DNA from: Spirochaetia bacterium
GTDB lineage: Bacteria; Spirochaetota; Spirochaetia; CAKZLE01
DNA: 64,000 bases
NCBI GenBank assembly: GCA_963677595.1
Contig: OY782041.1
Coordinates: forward strand, 2,976,001 to 3,040,000
Reading direction: 5' to 3'
The position numbers and the translations under genes were made by a program. Positions 18,652-28,847 of this stretch are shown piece by piece. Under the pieces are notes generated by a model, which saw nothing but the letters and a program-made list of their open reading frames with translations, had not been told where the DNA came from and searched no databases. Position 1 is the stretch's first letter; each line of letters starts with the position of its first letter.

Positions 18652-19335
18652 TCACTCCTCCTGCTCGAACAGCCTCTGTATGTTCGGCAGCTTCAGCAGC
18701 CTGAGCTCAGAGTTGATCAGATGGTCGTGCATGAGCGCTGCTGCCGTCTTCCCGTCATGCACGAGCATGGCATCGAGGATGCCGATGTGCTCATCGATGG
18801 CGGCCTGTTCGATGATCACCTCCTTCTTCCCAAAGCCCCAGCGCCTGATGAGCCAGCACTGCTCCCGTACGGTCTGCAGGAGCTTCTGCAGGCGGGCGTT
18901 CTGTGAGCCGATCATGATGGTGTCATGGAAGAAGATGTCGAGGTCGATGAGTTCTGAGAGGCTGTGGTCTGCTATGAGTGCCTCGCTGTCGTGGAAGACC
19001 TGCCGGAGGGCCTGGATCTCCTCAGTCGCCATTTTCTTCACGGCCTGCTTGACTGAGAGGCTCTCGAGGACAGCTCGGATCTCGAAGAGGTCGCTGACCC
19101 CCCCGGCCGTGGGCTTGAAGACCGTGTAGCCGGTCCCGTTGTACTCGACGAGCCCCTGCTCCACGAGGGAGGAGAGGCCGTCGCGGACCGGGGTCCTGCT
19201 TACCTGGAGTTCTTCCGCGAGCTTGTCCACGACCAGCCGCTGGCCGGGAAGGTACTTCATGGAGAAGACGTTCTCCTTGATCAGGATGGTTGCCTGGTCA
19301 CTCAGGCTCTTTCGTACTACGACTTTCTGTGCCAT
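18652..19335 (-). CDS. GntR/FCD family transcriptional regulator
   Basis: LAEELQVSRTPVRDGL; FCD motifs D..FH, EH..IL. Confidence 0.92.
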   Translation of the reverse strand: MAQKVVVRKSLSDQATILIKENVFSMKYLPGQRLVVDKLAEELQVSRTPVRDGLSSLVEQGLVEYNGTGYTVFKPTAGGVSDLFEIRAVLESLSVKQAVKKMATEEIQALRQVFHDSEALIADHSLSELIDLDIFFHDTIMIGSQNARLQKLLQTVREQCWLIRRWGFGKKEVIIEQAAIDEHIGILDAMLVHDGKTAAALMHDHLINSELRLLKLPNIQRLFEQEE

Positions 19336-19343
19336 GTATCACC

Positions 19344-20420
19344 TCACATTCCGAGTAACTTCTTCAACGGTTCGACTTCCCCCATATCCTCGACCATGAT
19401 ATGGAGGTAGAGACTGCTGCAGTCCAGCCGGGAGACGATGAGCCGCATCTCTTCCGGGGTGAAGGCCCCGCGGAAGATGACCGGCCTGCCGCTTTCCTGG
19501 ATCTTTCTGATATGGGGGATCATCTCGGAGACCGGGGGACCTCCCACATCGTTGTTCACCTCGAATGCCTTGATCCCCCGTATCTCGAGCAGTTCGTCCA
19601 GGACGAACATCGAGGTCGAGTGAAGGTGCATGAAGGTGTATGCATACCGCTCGGCGATCGCCGCGTCGATATGCTGGACGTACTTCCTGTAGAGAGTGGG
19701 GGAGAAGATCGGCAGCGCGTCCTCCTGCAGCCGGGCGATGGGTCCGGGCGCCCAGAGGTAGTACTGGGCATCGTAGTACCCTCCCTGCCAGAGGGGGGTA
19801 CGGTCCCAGACGGCATCGCGTGTTGCGGTGAAGACTTCCCCCATCTTCTCGAAGAGTTCCCCGATGCCGGGTGTCCCGTCCATCATGGAGATGGCTGTGT
19901 TCGTATGGCCGTGGAGGATGACTGCCAGGTCGGTCGGGCCGACGACGCAGCCGTGGCTGACGGGGTAAGCCCCGTCAGCATGGGCGATGAGGGCGTCGAC
20001 GTACTCAAGGTAGACCTTCATCCAGGGATTCGATGCATCAGTACATACCTGCGGGATCTCCTCGAGCGGCAGGTTCTTGTCCTCCGCGAGCAGGCTGCCG
20101 GGGAGGATACGCAACTCCCCGCCGATGACGGCGCAGTTCCAGGGGATCCCCTGGTGGGGACAGCCGCCCCGGATGATATCGTCATCCATACGCTCCCCCT
20201 CGGCTATCATCCGGTCCTGGTCGGCGAGGAAGTCCGCCGGGTCGACCATATCGGGGGTGAGGTAGCTGTCGAGCGGCCAGGAGGAGGTAATGCGGTACTC
20301 CTCCACCGGGAGCCAGCCCTTGAAGGTGAACCCGACAAGGGGCCGGTCGGAGAGGTTCATGTCCCAGAAGTCACGGTAGCGCCGGGTCTTGGCAGGGTCA
20401 TTGCCGAAGGGGTACGTCAT
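19344..20420 (-). CDS. URO-D/methyltransferase-like TIM barrel protein
   Basis: FW.....DRP, GPTD, WAPG...LQED....SP..Y, HLHS; paralogous to 23387-24472. Confidence 0.65.
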   Translation of the reverse strand: MTYPFGNDPAKTRRYRDFWDMNLSDRPLVGFTFKGWLPVEEYRITSSWPLDSYLTPDMVDPADFLADQDRMIAEGERMDDDIIRGGCPHQGIPWNCAVIGGELRILPGSLLAEDKNLPLEEIPQVCTDASNPWMKVYLEYVDALIAHADGAYPVSHGCVVGPTDLAVILHGHTNTAISMMDGTPGIGELFEKMGEVFTATRDAVWDRTPLWQGGYYDAQYYLWAPGPIARLQEDALPIFSPTLYRKYVQHIDAAIAERYAYTFMHLHSTSMFVLDELLEIRGIKAFEVNNDVGGPPVSEMIPHIRKIQESGRPVIFRGAFTPEEMRLIVSRLDCSSLYLHIMVEDMGEVEPLKKLLGM

Positions 20421-20435
20421 ACAGCATATCTCCCC

Positions 20436-21725
20436 TTAGTAGACCAGGTTCGGCAGGAAGAGCGAGATCCCCGGAACGTAGGTGATCAGCAGCAGGCAGA
20501 TGAGCAGGACCAGGTAGAAGGGCCATGCCTCCTTGATGAAGTCCTTGATCTTCACCTTGGTGATCGTGCAGGTGGTGAACATCAGCGTCCCCATCGGTGG
20601 GCTCAGGGAGCCGACTGCGAGGTTGAAGATGAACACCAGGCCGAAATGGACGGTATCGATGCCGAGGGCTTTGACCATGGGCATGAGGATCGGGATGAGG
20701 ACGAGCATGATGGCGTTCCCCTCGATGAACATCCCGATCATGAGCAGGAAGATGTTCAGCAGCAGGAGGAACTGCCACTTGGAGCTGACGATCGAGAGGA
20801 TGAAGGAGGTCGCATGCTGCGGGACCTGCTCCCAGGTGAGGAACCAGCCGAAGGTGGAGGCAGCGCCGATGATCAGCATGATCGAGGAGGTGGTGACCAC
20901 CGTCTCGATGACCGCATCCTTGATCTGGATGAGTTTCATCTCCTTATAGACGAGCATCCCGAGGATGAAGGCATAGAGGATGGCGATGGCCCCGGCTTCG
21001 GTCGGGGTGAAGATACCCAGGCGGATACCGCCGATGATGACTACGGGTAGCAGCAGGGCGAGCATGGCGTCCTTGGACCCGCGCGCGACGTCCTTCACCG
21101 ATGCGCGTTTCTCGAAGATTGGGGTGTACCCGCGCTTGATCGAGACGAAATGGACGGCGGCCATCATGACGATACAGGTGAGGACCCCGGGGAGGATCCC
21201 TGCCAGGAAGAGCTTGCCGATCGATACGTTCCCAATATACCCGAAGATGATCAGGGCGATGCCCGGCGGGATGATCGGGGTGATGATGGCAGAGGCTGCC
21301 GTGACGACGGAGGAGAAGGCGGGGCTGTAGCCGCGCTGGATCATCTCCGGCACCAGGATCTTGGACTGCATCGCCGCGTCTGCGATACTCGAGCCTGAGA
21401 GCCCTCCCATGAGGGTGCTCAAGACGACGTTGGTCTGGGCGAGCCCTCCCGGCATGTGGCCGGTGAGGATCTCGCTGAAGCGGACCATCCGCCTCGTGAT
21501 CCCGGTATAGTTCATCAGGACGCCTGCCATGACGAAGAAGGGGACGGCGAGCAGCGGGATCGACTCGACGCCGCCGATCATCCGCTGGATGAGGATCATG
21601 AAGGTGACCTGGTCCGAGAGGAGGAAGTAGATGAAGGTGCTGCCGAGGATGGCGGCGAACACTGGGACGTTGATGAAGAGCAGCACGACCAGTGAGATCA
21701 GTGCGACATTTACTGAGGGATTCAT
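20436..21725 (-). CDS. dctM: TRAP transporter large permease
   Basis: LLAVPFF, GGLSGSSIADA, IIPPGI, FTPTEAG, PPMG. Confidence 0.95.
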   Translation of the reverse strand: MNPSVNVALISLVVLLFINVPVFAAILGSTFIYFLLSDQVTFMILIQRMIGGVESIPLLAVPFFVMAGVLMNYTGITRRMVRFSEILTGHMPGGLAQTNVVLSTLMGGLSGSSIADAAMQSKILVPEMIQRGYSPAFSSVVTAASAIITPIIPPGIALIIFGYIGNVSIGKLFLAGILPGVLTCIVMMAAVHFVSIKRGYTPIFEKRASVKDVARGSKDAMLALLLPVVIIGGIRLGIFTPTEAGAIAILYAFILGMLVYKEMKLIQIKDAVIETVVTTSSIMLIIGAASTFGWFLTWEQVPQHATSFILSIVSSKWQFLLLLNIFLLMIGMFIEGNAIMLVLIPILMPMVKALGIDTVHFGLVFIFNLAVGSLSPPMGTLMFTTCTITKVKIKDFIKEAWPFYLVLLICLLLITYVPGISLFLPNLVY

Positions 21726-22228
21726 GATTCTGCCTCCTCGGTGTTCTTAGCAGGTTCCTTCCTGAATATGTCCAGGGAGTTCCTGATGGTATTGACGATC
21801 ATATAGAGACTCCCGATCGGGACCGCGATGTCGATGAACGGGTAGGGGACCTTCAGCAGCGGGGTGATCTTCGCCCCTGACTGCATGGCCTTCTTGTACC
21901 CGTAGATGAGGATGATGAGCAGCAGGATGTTGGTGATGGCAAGGCTGACGATATCGGCGACCTTCCTGGCCTTCGGCGGCAGTTCGTCCACCACGATGTC
22001 GATGCTGACATGGTTTCGGCGCTTCGTCGCCGAGCTTGCACCCATGAAGACCGCCCAGATGAAGAGGCCGAGCGAGACCTCTTCCACCCAACCGAGGGGG
22101 GAGTTCAGCAGATATCGGAAAACCACTCCCAGGACGGTGATCAGGATGATTGATGAGATGCAGACCCCTGAGATGATGTCATCGAGGTTCCCGATGACAT
22201 GGAGGATCTTCTTAACAGTTAGTTTCAT
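21722..22228 (-). CDS. dctQ: TRAP transporter small permease
   Basis: Four TM; VVFRY...W.EE, HVSID. Confidence 0.92.
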   Translation of the reverse strand: MKLTVKKILHVIGNLDDIISGVCISSIILITVLGVVFRYLLNSPLGWVEEVSLGLFIWAVFMGASSATKRRNHVSIDIVVDELPPKARKVADIVSLAITNILLLIILIYGYKKAMQSGAKITPLLKVPYPFIDIAVPIGSLYMIVNTIRNSLDIFRKEPAKNTEEAES

Positions 22229-22314
22229 GGTAATTCCCCTCGTTCGAACGGCTGAGGACCCTTTACGTAAGAGTCCCCAGCCTGGATTCGGTTATATACT
22301 CATTTCCGGTTGGA

Positions 22315-23325
22315 TTATTTCATGTTCGCCTTGACCGTCTCATAGAGGCCTGGTGACCACTGTGAGAAGCTGTCGTATACCGGCCGGACTGCTTTCTGGA
22401 AGGCTGCCACATCGACATCGTCCACGATGGTCACGCCGGCTGCCTTGAGTTCTTCCATGGCTTCCTTGTCCGACTTGTCCAGGGATGCGTTCAGTGTCAG
22501 GCCTGCCTCGTCACCGGTCTCCATGATGATCTGCTTCATGTCTGCCGGGAGTCCGTTGAAGAAGTCCGCCCCGCCGATCCACATTGCCAGCAGCTTGATA
22601 TGGCCGGTGAGGTTCAGGTACTTGGCGCTCTCATACATCTTGGAGCCGTAGAGTACCGGGATCGGGTTCTCGACACCTTCGATGACGCCCTGTGCGAGTG
22701 CGGGGTATGCATCTCCCCAAGGCATCGGGGTAGCGGTAGCGCCCATGCCGTTGATGGTCTTGATGAAGAGCTCGTTGTTCGGGCACCGGATCTTCACGCC
22801 TTCGAGGTCTGCAGGGGTCCGTACTGCCTGCTTGCTGATGATATGACGGTCGCCGTAGGCCCAGTTCGCCGTGAGGACGGTGAGGCCGGTCTTCTCGAGC
22901 TTCGCAACCTGCTCATCGAACCAGGGGCTGCTCGTCAGGGTGAAGTACTCATCCCAGGTGGTCCCGAGGAAAGGACCTGAGAGGATGCCGATGTCGGGGA
23001 CGAAGTCCATGAGGAAGCTACCGTCGGTGATGGTGATGACGTTGCTGCCCATCTTCATCTGCTCGGTGAGGTCGACCTTCGACCCGAGCTGTGAACTCGG
23101 GAAGAGCTGGAGCTCAATCCTTCCGTTACTTCGCTCTGCAGCGAGTTCTGCCCACTTCTGTGCTGCGACATCGACCGGTTCCCCGGGGTTGTTCTCATAC
23201 CCGACTTTCAGGATGATCTTCTCCGCTGCCTTGGGGGCAGCTTCCTGGGAGCCGTTCGCCATCAGGAAGCCTGTTGACAGCAGACAGACGGCAACGAATG
23301 CCACGATCAGTTTTCTCATACTCAT
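22315..23325 (-). CDS. dctP: TRAP transporter substrate-binding protein
   Basis: FPSSQLG, PADLEGVKIR, ALAQGVIEGVENP; start probably ATG 23325, 7 nt after AAGGAG. Confidence 0.93.
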   Translation of the reverse strand: MSMRKLIVAFVAVCLLSTGFLMANGSQEAAPKAAEKIILKVGYENNPGEPVDVAAQKWAELAAERSNGRIELQLFPSSQLGSKVDLTEQMKMGSNVITITDGSFLMDFVPDIGILSGPFLGTTWDEYFTLTSSPWFDEQVAKLEKTGLTVLTANWAYGDRHIISKQAVRTPADLEGVKIRCPNNELFIKTINGMGATATPMPWGDAYPALAQGVIEGVENPIPVLYGSKMYESAKYLNLTGHIKLLAMWIGGADFFNGLPADMKQIIMETGDEAGLTLNASLDKSDKEAMEELKAAGVTIVDDVDVAAFQKAVRPVYDSFSQWSPGLYETVKANMK

Positions 23326-23386
23326 ACTCATTCTCCTTTTGTTTTCTATGAAAAGCGACATACCCAGTCTGGACTGGGGATCCCGC

Positions 23387-24472
23387 CTAACTCCATACTC
23401 TCTTCTTCCAGAACTCGAGGTACTCCTTCGCGCTCTCGAGATCATCGCATTGGGTATCGACATAGAGCCGGTCGCACCTGAGCTCAGGCAGGAGCAGCTC
23501 CAGGTCCTCCGGTGTGAACTTCCTCAGCAGCAGGCAGTGGTCCTCCTGCACGAGCTTCAGCATCGGAATCATCTCCTCGACCTTCGGCCCTGCCGGCCAG
23601 TCGTTGACCACCTGGAGCCCGCGCAGCCCGGGGTGCTTGAGGAACTCGGGCACCAGCCGTATCTGTCCTGAGTGGGTGTGCATCCAGGGGGTGTCCATCG
23701 ACTCGAGGGCCTCGTCATCGGAGGCGAAGAGCAGGTCCATGTAGTCATCGGCAGACAGGCCTACCGTGAGGTCGTCATCCACCATGCAGCTCCGTCCCGG
23801 GGTCCAAAGGCTGTAGTAGTCGCAGTACCCGCCCTCGAGCGAGGGGATCATGTCGAAGCAGAGCTGCGTCGTCCTGATGTAGGCATCGGTGCAGATTCGT
23901 GCGAGCTTCCTGACATTCTCCCGGTCGAGCGCGATATCGAGGTACATCTCCGTGACGCCCCTGAGGTCTGCCATGATGTCCCCGGGTCCGGTGAAGAGGT
24001 TCGTCCCCACGGGGAACCGACCCCGTGCATGCTCGGTGAAGTAGGCTACCTGCTCCTCCATGAGGGCTATCCACGCATTTGTGGAGTCGATCGGGTGGTT
24101 CCGGTACCGATCAAGGTCCCCGTAGTCCTTCATGATGTGTTCGTTCCAGCTCGTTCCCTTCCCGAAGGTCACCGGGGCACCCATGATGCCGCCCATGAAG
24201 GCGGGGCCATGGTAGACGGCCGCGACGAGCATGTCGTCATCAGGCAGCTCTCGCTTCTGGTCGTTCATATGTTCCCAGTAGGCGAAGTGGGTGTCAGCTG
24301 CCTCGCAGCTCTCCTGCCACTCGGGATCGGAGACGCCGTCGAGCGGGTAGCGGATGCGGATCGGCGGGTGGTCGATGAACTCCCGCTCCCAGAACGCCTT
24401 GAGCCGCTGGAGGCTCTCAGGGCCATTGGGTTTATATGAGAGGTCATCTATGGAAAAATCTTCATGGTTCAT
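23387..24472 (-). CDS. URO-D/methyltransferase-like TIM barrel protein
   Basis: FWE...DHP, GPGDIMADLRG, WTPG, MHTHS; paralogous to 19344-20420. Confidence 0.65.
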   Translation of the reverse strand: MNHEDFSIDDLSYKPNGPESLQRLKAFWEREFIDHPPIRIRYPLDGVSDPEWQESCEAADTHFAYWEHMNDQKRELPDDDMLVAAVYHGPAFMGGIMGAPVTFGKGTSWNEHIMKDYGDLDRYRNHPIDSTNAWIALMEEQVAYFTEHARGRFPVGTNLFTGPGDIMADLRGVTEMYLDIALDRENVRKLARICTDAYIRTTQLCFDMIPSLEGGYCDYYSLWTPGRSCMVDDDLTVGLSADDYMDLLFASDDEALESMDTPWMHTHSGQIRLVPEFLKHPGLRGLQVVNDWPAGPKVEEMIPMLKLVQEDHCLLLRKFTPEDLELLLPELRCDRLYVDTQCDDLESAKEYLEFWKKRVWS

Positions 24473-24493
24473 TACTCACTACTCCATCATGTT

Positions 24494-24554
24494 CGCATTC
24501 CGTATACGAAATACGATGTAAATGAAGTATAGAACGGCTTAGTGCATCTGTCAA
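24494..24554 (-). promoter_or_regulatory. Sigma70 promoter and operator of the URO-D/TRAP operon
   Basis: Minus strand TTGACA-17-TATACT, then TCGTATACGGAATGCG. Confidence 0.7.
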
Positions 24555-24622
24555 TAATTTTTTTCAGCAGCTTTTTTAAGCTTGTGAGATAGGGGAAATG
24601 AGCGGTAAGGGGAAAGAGGAGA

Positions 24623-25273
24623 TCACTCCTCCCGGAGCATGGCCCTGCCTTCGGCATGATCGAGATGGGTCCTCATCGCCTTGACGGTCCGGGAGGCGTC
24701 GTGGGCCTTCAGGCCGTCGAGGATCGCTAAGTGCTCATCGATCGTCTCCTGCTCCATCGGCATATGGGGGCGCTTGCTGAAGAGCCACCGATTCACCAGC
24801 TGGTGCTGGTCCATGAGGGAGGAGAGGATGCGTGTCAGCCTGGTACAGTGGGATGCGCCTGCAAGGGCTTGGTGGAACCTGATATCGAGGTCGATCATGT
24901 CAACCGGGTCTGATGCCTTGATATGGCTGATCATAATATCTTGCATAGCAATGAGTTCTTCAGATGTTACACGTTCGGCTGCAAGCTTCACGGCAAGCTC
25001 TTCGAGCGGGGTGCGCAGGGCGTAGATATCGGTGATGTCCTCCGGTGAGAGGTCTATGACATGGTAGCCCTTTCCGTTGTAGTCGACGAGTCCCTGTTCC
25101 CCAAGCTTCTTCAGCGCCTCGCGAACGGGCGTCCTGCTGCTGTTGAACTTCTCTGCCAGGGTATCGACGATGAGACGGGATCCGGGAGGGAACTCGAGTG
25201 AGAAGATTGCTTCCTTGATGAGATCGATCATCTGGTCGCTGATACTCTGTCTGACTATGATCTTCTGTGCCAT
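24623..25273 (-). CDS. GntR/FCD family transcriptional regulator
   Basis: SRTPVREAL, D..FH, EH.AIL; paralog of 18652-19335. Confidence 0.92.
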   Translation of the reverse strand: MAQKIIVRQSISDQMIDLIKEAIFSLEFPPGSRLIVDTLAEKFNSSRTPVREALKKLGEQGLVDYNGKGYHVIDLSPEDITDIYALRTPLEELAVKLAAERVTSEELIAMQDIMISHIKASDPVDMIDLDIRFHQALAGASHCTRLTRILSSLMDQHQLVNRWLFSKRPHMPMEQETIDEHLAILDGLKAHDASRTVKAMRTHLDHAEGRAMLREE

Positions 25274-25339
25274 ATAGAAAGAATACTATCATAAATAGAG
25301 GACTCGGACAACTCTGCATCGATCCAGAGAAGTTTTTCC

Positions 25340-25385
25340 TTTACAACCTGGTGATTATGGTTTACAGTATCGTATACGGAATACG
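25340..25385 (+). promoter_or_regulatory. Promoter and operator of the transaldolase operon
   Basis: TTTACA-17-TACAGT, then TCGTATACGGAATACG (15/16 identical to the site at 24494-24509). Confidence 0.65.
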
Positions 25386-25388
25386 GGA

Positions 25389-25431
25389 TGCAGAAAGTGT
25401 CTGCAGAATATGTCTGCAGAATATGTCTGCA
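25389..25431 (+). repeat. 13-bp tandem repeat, about 3.3 copies, in the 5' leader
   Basis: TGCAGAAAGTGTC TGCAGAATATGTC TGCAGAATATGTC TGCA. Confidence 0.85.
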
Positions 25432-25460
25432 TGAGTTATAAGAAGGAGTTGTTTTTTATC

Positions 25461-27149
25461 ATGACCATCAGAGAGAAATATATCGCGGCAATCAGGGAAG
25501 AGCGTAAAGCCGCTTCCCGTGACGGTATACAGAAGGTACATGCTGGCCTGGAGAGGGGGGAGGTCGGGACGGTCCGGTCCTACCTGCTCTTCCACGCAGA
25601 TAGGGAGAATTGGGACGAAGAACTGGGGACCCTGCTGAAGGGACTCGGCCGGCTTATAGAGGAAGGTGACTACCAGGCGAAGCGTACAGGGCTCTCCGTG
25701 CTTGCCGGACTGGCGATCGACCTGCTGAGTTTCTTACCGATGTGGTACCTGAAGCCCGACGTCAGTGATGAGGTGCTTCACAGGGGAAGTGAGAAGGTTC
25801 AGGACCTGCTCGGGGAACTGGCCGCACGATATGCGCAGAGCGCGTCGGAGGTCCATGAAGGGATCATACGCAGGAGCAGGAAGCGGTTCGCCGCCGAGGC
25901 TGTTGCGGACGACGAGCTAGAGGATGAAGTACAGAAGCTGTGCGGCAGTTCGCTGCCGGAGTATGTCACGCGGATGATAGCGCAGCTGCATAGTTCGAAC
26001 CTCCTGGAGACAGCACGGCTCTTCAGGGAGGCGGGCAGCCCGACGGTCCTCGGCAACGATTACGGGGACTTCCTCGAGGAGACGCTCTGGATGGGGACCT
26101 CCTATGTCACCACCAACCCGCCGCTGATCAACCTCGCCTGGAACACGGAACCCGAGTTCTGGGACGGGGAGCTTGAAGCCTACACCAGGGAGAACCATAT
26201 CGACCTGAGCAGTGAGGGGGCAGCGACCACCCTCTGCAGGGCTGCGACCATGCTGGTGGTGGAGCGCAACTGTCGCCGTCTCAGGGACATCTTCCTGCTC
26301 ACTGAAGGGAAGCAGGGCTACTGCTGCTACCAGGTCAACCCCAACAACCACAACCATGCCGACGGCATGGTCGAGGAGGTCGCAGCGGTCTACGGACTGC
26401 TTGAGGAACGGCTCGGAGGCGTGCCGAACGTCTCCTTCAAGCTGCCGGGTACCCCGGCAAGCGTGGAGGCGGCAAAGACGTTGAGCGCCTGGGGCGTCTC
26501 CTTGACCATCACCCTCGAGTTCGGACTCTTCCAGGCGGTGGAGTTCGCGAAGATATTCTCGGCAGGGGAGGCGATCACCAGCAATGTGGTCGTCATGAAC
26601 GGGCGTCTCGCTTTCCCGGTTCGGGATGAACTCATCGCCAATGGGATCGAGGGCGGTTCGGAAGCCTCGAAGCTCGCAGGTGTGGAAGTCTCCAGGCACC
26701 TCTACCGCACGCTCTATGAGGGAGGTCTTGGGATCGACCCCCAACGGGTGAGGATCATGAATGCCTCCCTGCGGATCTACGGCTCTGATATCCCGGACCT
26801 CATCGAGCTCTGGGGCTTCCCGCTGATCACGATCTTCCCCAATGTGCGGAGGGTCTACGACGCCGTACCGCGGGAGATCACCATCGACCGGACGGCAGGG
26901 GAGACCCCTGCCGATGTCATGGCGGTCCTGCATGAGAGCGAGATCTTCAGGCAGGCATGGTGGACCGAGGGGGATTCCCCCGATACGAGACCAACGCAGT
27001 TGCTGGTACTCTCCGACGAGATGGAACCGCAGGTCGTCAGCTGGGGACCGATCACCGCGACGCTGGACCAGTTCCTCGGCTCGTATGCAGAGCTGGAGAC
27101 CCGTGTGAAGCGCATCATCGCAGGGATGAAGAAGGAGGAGACAGCATGA
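25461..27149 (+). CDS. Transaldolase family protein with long N-terminal extension
   Basis: GND, TTNPPLI, FKLPGT (Schiff-base Lys), TITLEF; about 190 extra N-terminal residues. Confidence 0.8.
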   Translation: MTIREKYIAAIREERKAASRDGIQKVHAGLERGEVGTVRSYLLFHADRENWDEELGTLLKGLGRLIEEGDYQAKRTGLSVLAGLAIDLLSFLPMWYLKPDVSDEVLHRGSEKVQDLLGELAARYAQSASEVHEGIIRRSRKRFAAEAVADDELEDEVQKLCGSSLPEYVTRMIAQLHSSNLLETARLFREAGSPTVLGNDYGDFLEETLWMGTSYVTTNPPLINLAWNTEPEFWDGELEAYTRENHIDLSSEGAATTLCRAATMLVVERNCRRLRDIFLLTEGKQGYCCYQVNPNNHNHADGMVEEVAAVYGLLEERLGGVPNVSFKLPGTPASVEAAKTLSAWGVSLTITLEFGLFQAVEFAKIFSAGEAITSNVVVMNGRLAFPVRDELIANGIEGGSEASKLAGVEVSRHLYRTLYEGGLGIDPQRVRIMNASLRIYGSDIPDLIELWGFPLITIFPNVRRVYDAVPREITIDRTAGETPADVMAVLHESEIFRQAWWTEGDSPDTRPTQLLVLSDEMEPQVVSWGPITATLDQFLGSYAELETRVKRIIAGMKKEETA

Positions 27150-28822
27150 GTACCTACCAGTTCGGCAAGCTTGCCATCGACCCGAAGACCAACCCTGCCG
27201 TGCTCGATACGCTCACCTGGGACGAAGATACGGTTACCCGCGATATTCAGGCCAAGCGTATGACCATAGATGAGCATGCCGATGCCTCCTATCATGGGGC
27301 GGAGTATCGGGTCGGCTCGTTCGATGATGCGCAGAAGGTCATCATCGCAGTGGGGGAGGCTGAATCCCCCTTCCCGGATGCACCGATCCTCACGGAAGGG
27401 GCCGGGGCTAAGGTCGGGCGTCGCGTCTACCCGATGACGGATGCCAACCTCCATGCCTATGTGACGAAGATCCATCCCCGCAAGGGTCCGAGGGCTCTTG
27501 GGGCCGTACCACGGCTCGGTATCGGGGTGAGGCAGTCAACGACCATGTGGCCCGGTATCTGGAAGGCGATGAACCGGGGGGACTTCTCTGCCAATGCCAT
27601 CCAGAACTCGGTGCGGGAGCTCCATATACTCGAACGGCTCAAGGAGGGGAAGCCCCCAAGGGTCAACCACCTCTTCAGCTTCGGTGCCGTCCAGGAGGGA
27701 CATGCCGGCAGCACCTTCGAGGGGCTGTGGACCGCCGGGGTGGCTTCTGCGCTCTCCAGTGAGTACTACCCCCGCTACGGCGCGGATGCCGACCACCTCC
27801 AGGTCAAGCGAGGCCCGGAGGGGATCGAGCGTACCAAGGAGTTCATCAGAGCTTCCCGCTACTACACCTTCTATACCCTCGATGTGTCGGACATCCTCGA
27901 CTACGAGGCGCTCACGCTCTTCAGCGCCGGCGAGGCCCTCAGCCTGCTGGAGGAGACGATCCCCGATGTGAACCTGAGGAAGGATATCCTCTTCTACCAC
28001 CGGCAGCGGAAGGTCATCGGGAAGCAGGTCTATGACTTCGACGAAGCGACGATCGCGCGTCTCGTCGGCAAGTACTGGAAGGCTCTCGATGCGGTCGAGG
28101 AGCTCGATAAGTACATTCAGGAGCTCAAAGGCGGCGAGGCTTTCGACCTCGAGCTCAGCATCGATGAGAACCCGCCGGAAGTGACGACCTTCGAGTCGAT
28201 CACCATGAACGGGGAGCTGCTTTTCCTCATGGAGGAGATCAACAGACGCGGGATCGGGGTCACCCATATCGCGCCGAACTTCGGGGTGGAGAAGTGTACC
28301 GATTACCGTGGGACAGATGGTCTCGAGGGGCTGGGGCGGAGAGTCGCCGAACAGTCCCTCATGGCTTCGGAGTACGGCTTCATGCTCGACTGCCACTCAG
28401 GCGACGACCTGAGCCGGAAGACCCGGCAGGTCATCGGGAAGGCTGCGAAGGGCAGGATCCACTATAAGGTATCGCCGTCGCTGCAGGTCCTCTATGCGCA
28501 GGTGCTCTCCCAGGTGGACCCTGAGAAGTTCCTGCTCTGGTGGCAGGAGACCTATGAACTGGCTCGGGAGAGTGCACGGGGCGGTTCGTCCGTCGCACAG
28601 GATGCCCTCTTCCGCTACAAGCAGTTCGAGAACCCCGAACCCTCGGCAGACCACTTCTTCTTCCAGGAGTATAACTTCGCTGCTGTGGGAAGGCGGGATG
28701 CGAACGGTCAGTTCGTCAACAGGGAGCGGTTCTATGATGTGAGCGATGAGTTCCAGCAGCTGCTGACACAGAGGCTCGAGGCCCACCTGTGCAGCTGGGC
28801 TGCTGATCTCTTCGACCACTGA
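27146..28822 (+). CDS. uxaE: Tagaturonate/fructuronate epimerase (UxaE) family protein
   Basis: QNSVRE, GADADH, ELSIDE, APNF, HSGDD, HYK; GGAGGAG before ATG 27146. Confidence 0.75.
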   Translation: MSTYQFGKLAIDPKTNPAVLDTLTWDEDTVTRDIQAKRMTIDEHADASYHGAEYRVGSFDDAQKVIIAVGEAESPFPDAPILTEGAGAKVGRRVYPMTDANLHAYVTKIHPRKGPRALGAVPRLGIGVRQSTTMWPGIWKAMNRGDFSANAIQNSVRELHILERLKEGKPPRVNHLFSFGAVQEGHAGSTFEGLWTAGVASALSSEYYPRYGADADHLQVKRGPEGIERTKEFIRASRYYTFYTLDVSDILDYEALTLFSAGEALSLLEETIPDVNLRKDILFYHRQRKVIGKQVYDFDEATIARLVGKYWKALDAVEELDKYIQELKGGEAFDLELSIDENPPEVTTFESITMNGELLFLMEEINRRGIGVTHIAPNFGVEKCTDYRGTDGLEGLGRRVAEQSLMASEYGFMLDCHSGDDLSRKTRQVIGKAAKGRIHYKVSPSLQVLYAQVLSQVDPEKFLLWWQETYELARESARGGSSVAQDALFRYKQFENPEPSADHFFFQEYNFAAVGRRDANGQFVNRERFYDVSDEFQQLLTQRLEAHLCSWAADLFDH

Positions 28823-28847
28823 TGATTGACACACAGGAGATGGTATA

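Noticed and set aside
19401-21050. 549-aa plus-strand ORF and other long antisense ORFs (e.g. 10390-11505, 15398-16480, 34999-36204)
   Set aside because: They lie opposite well-supported genes and have no recognisable motifs; typical shadows of GC-rich codon usage
23317-23331. ATGAGT x2 + ATG at the dctP start as a phase-variable repeat
   Set aside because: In-frame 6-bp unit; copy changes would not switch expression off
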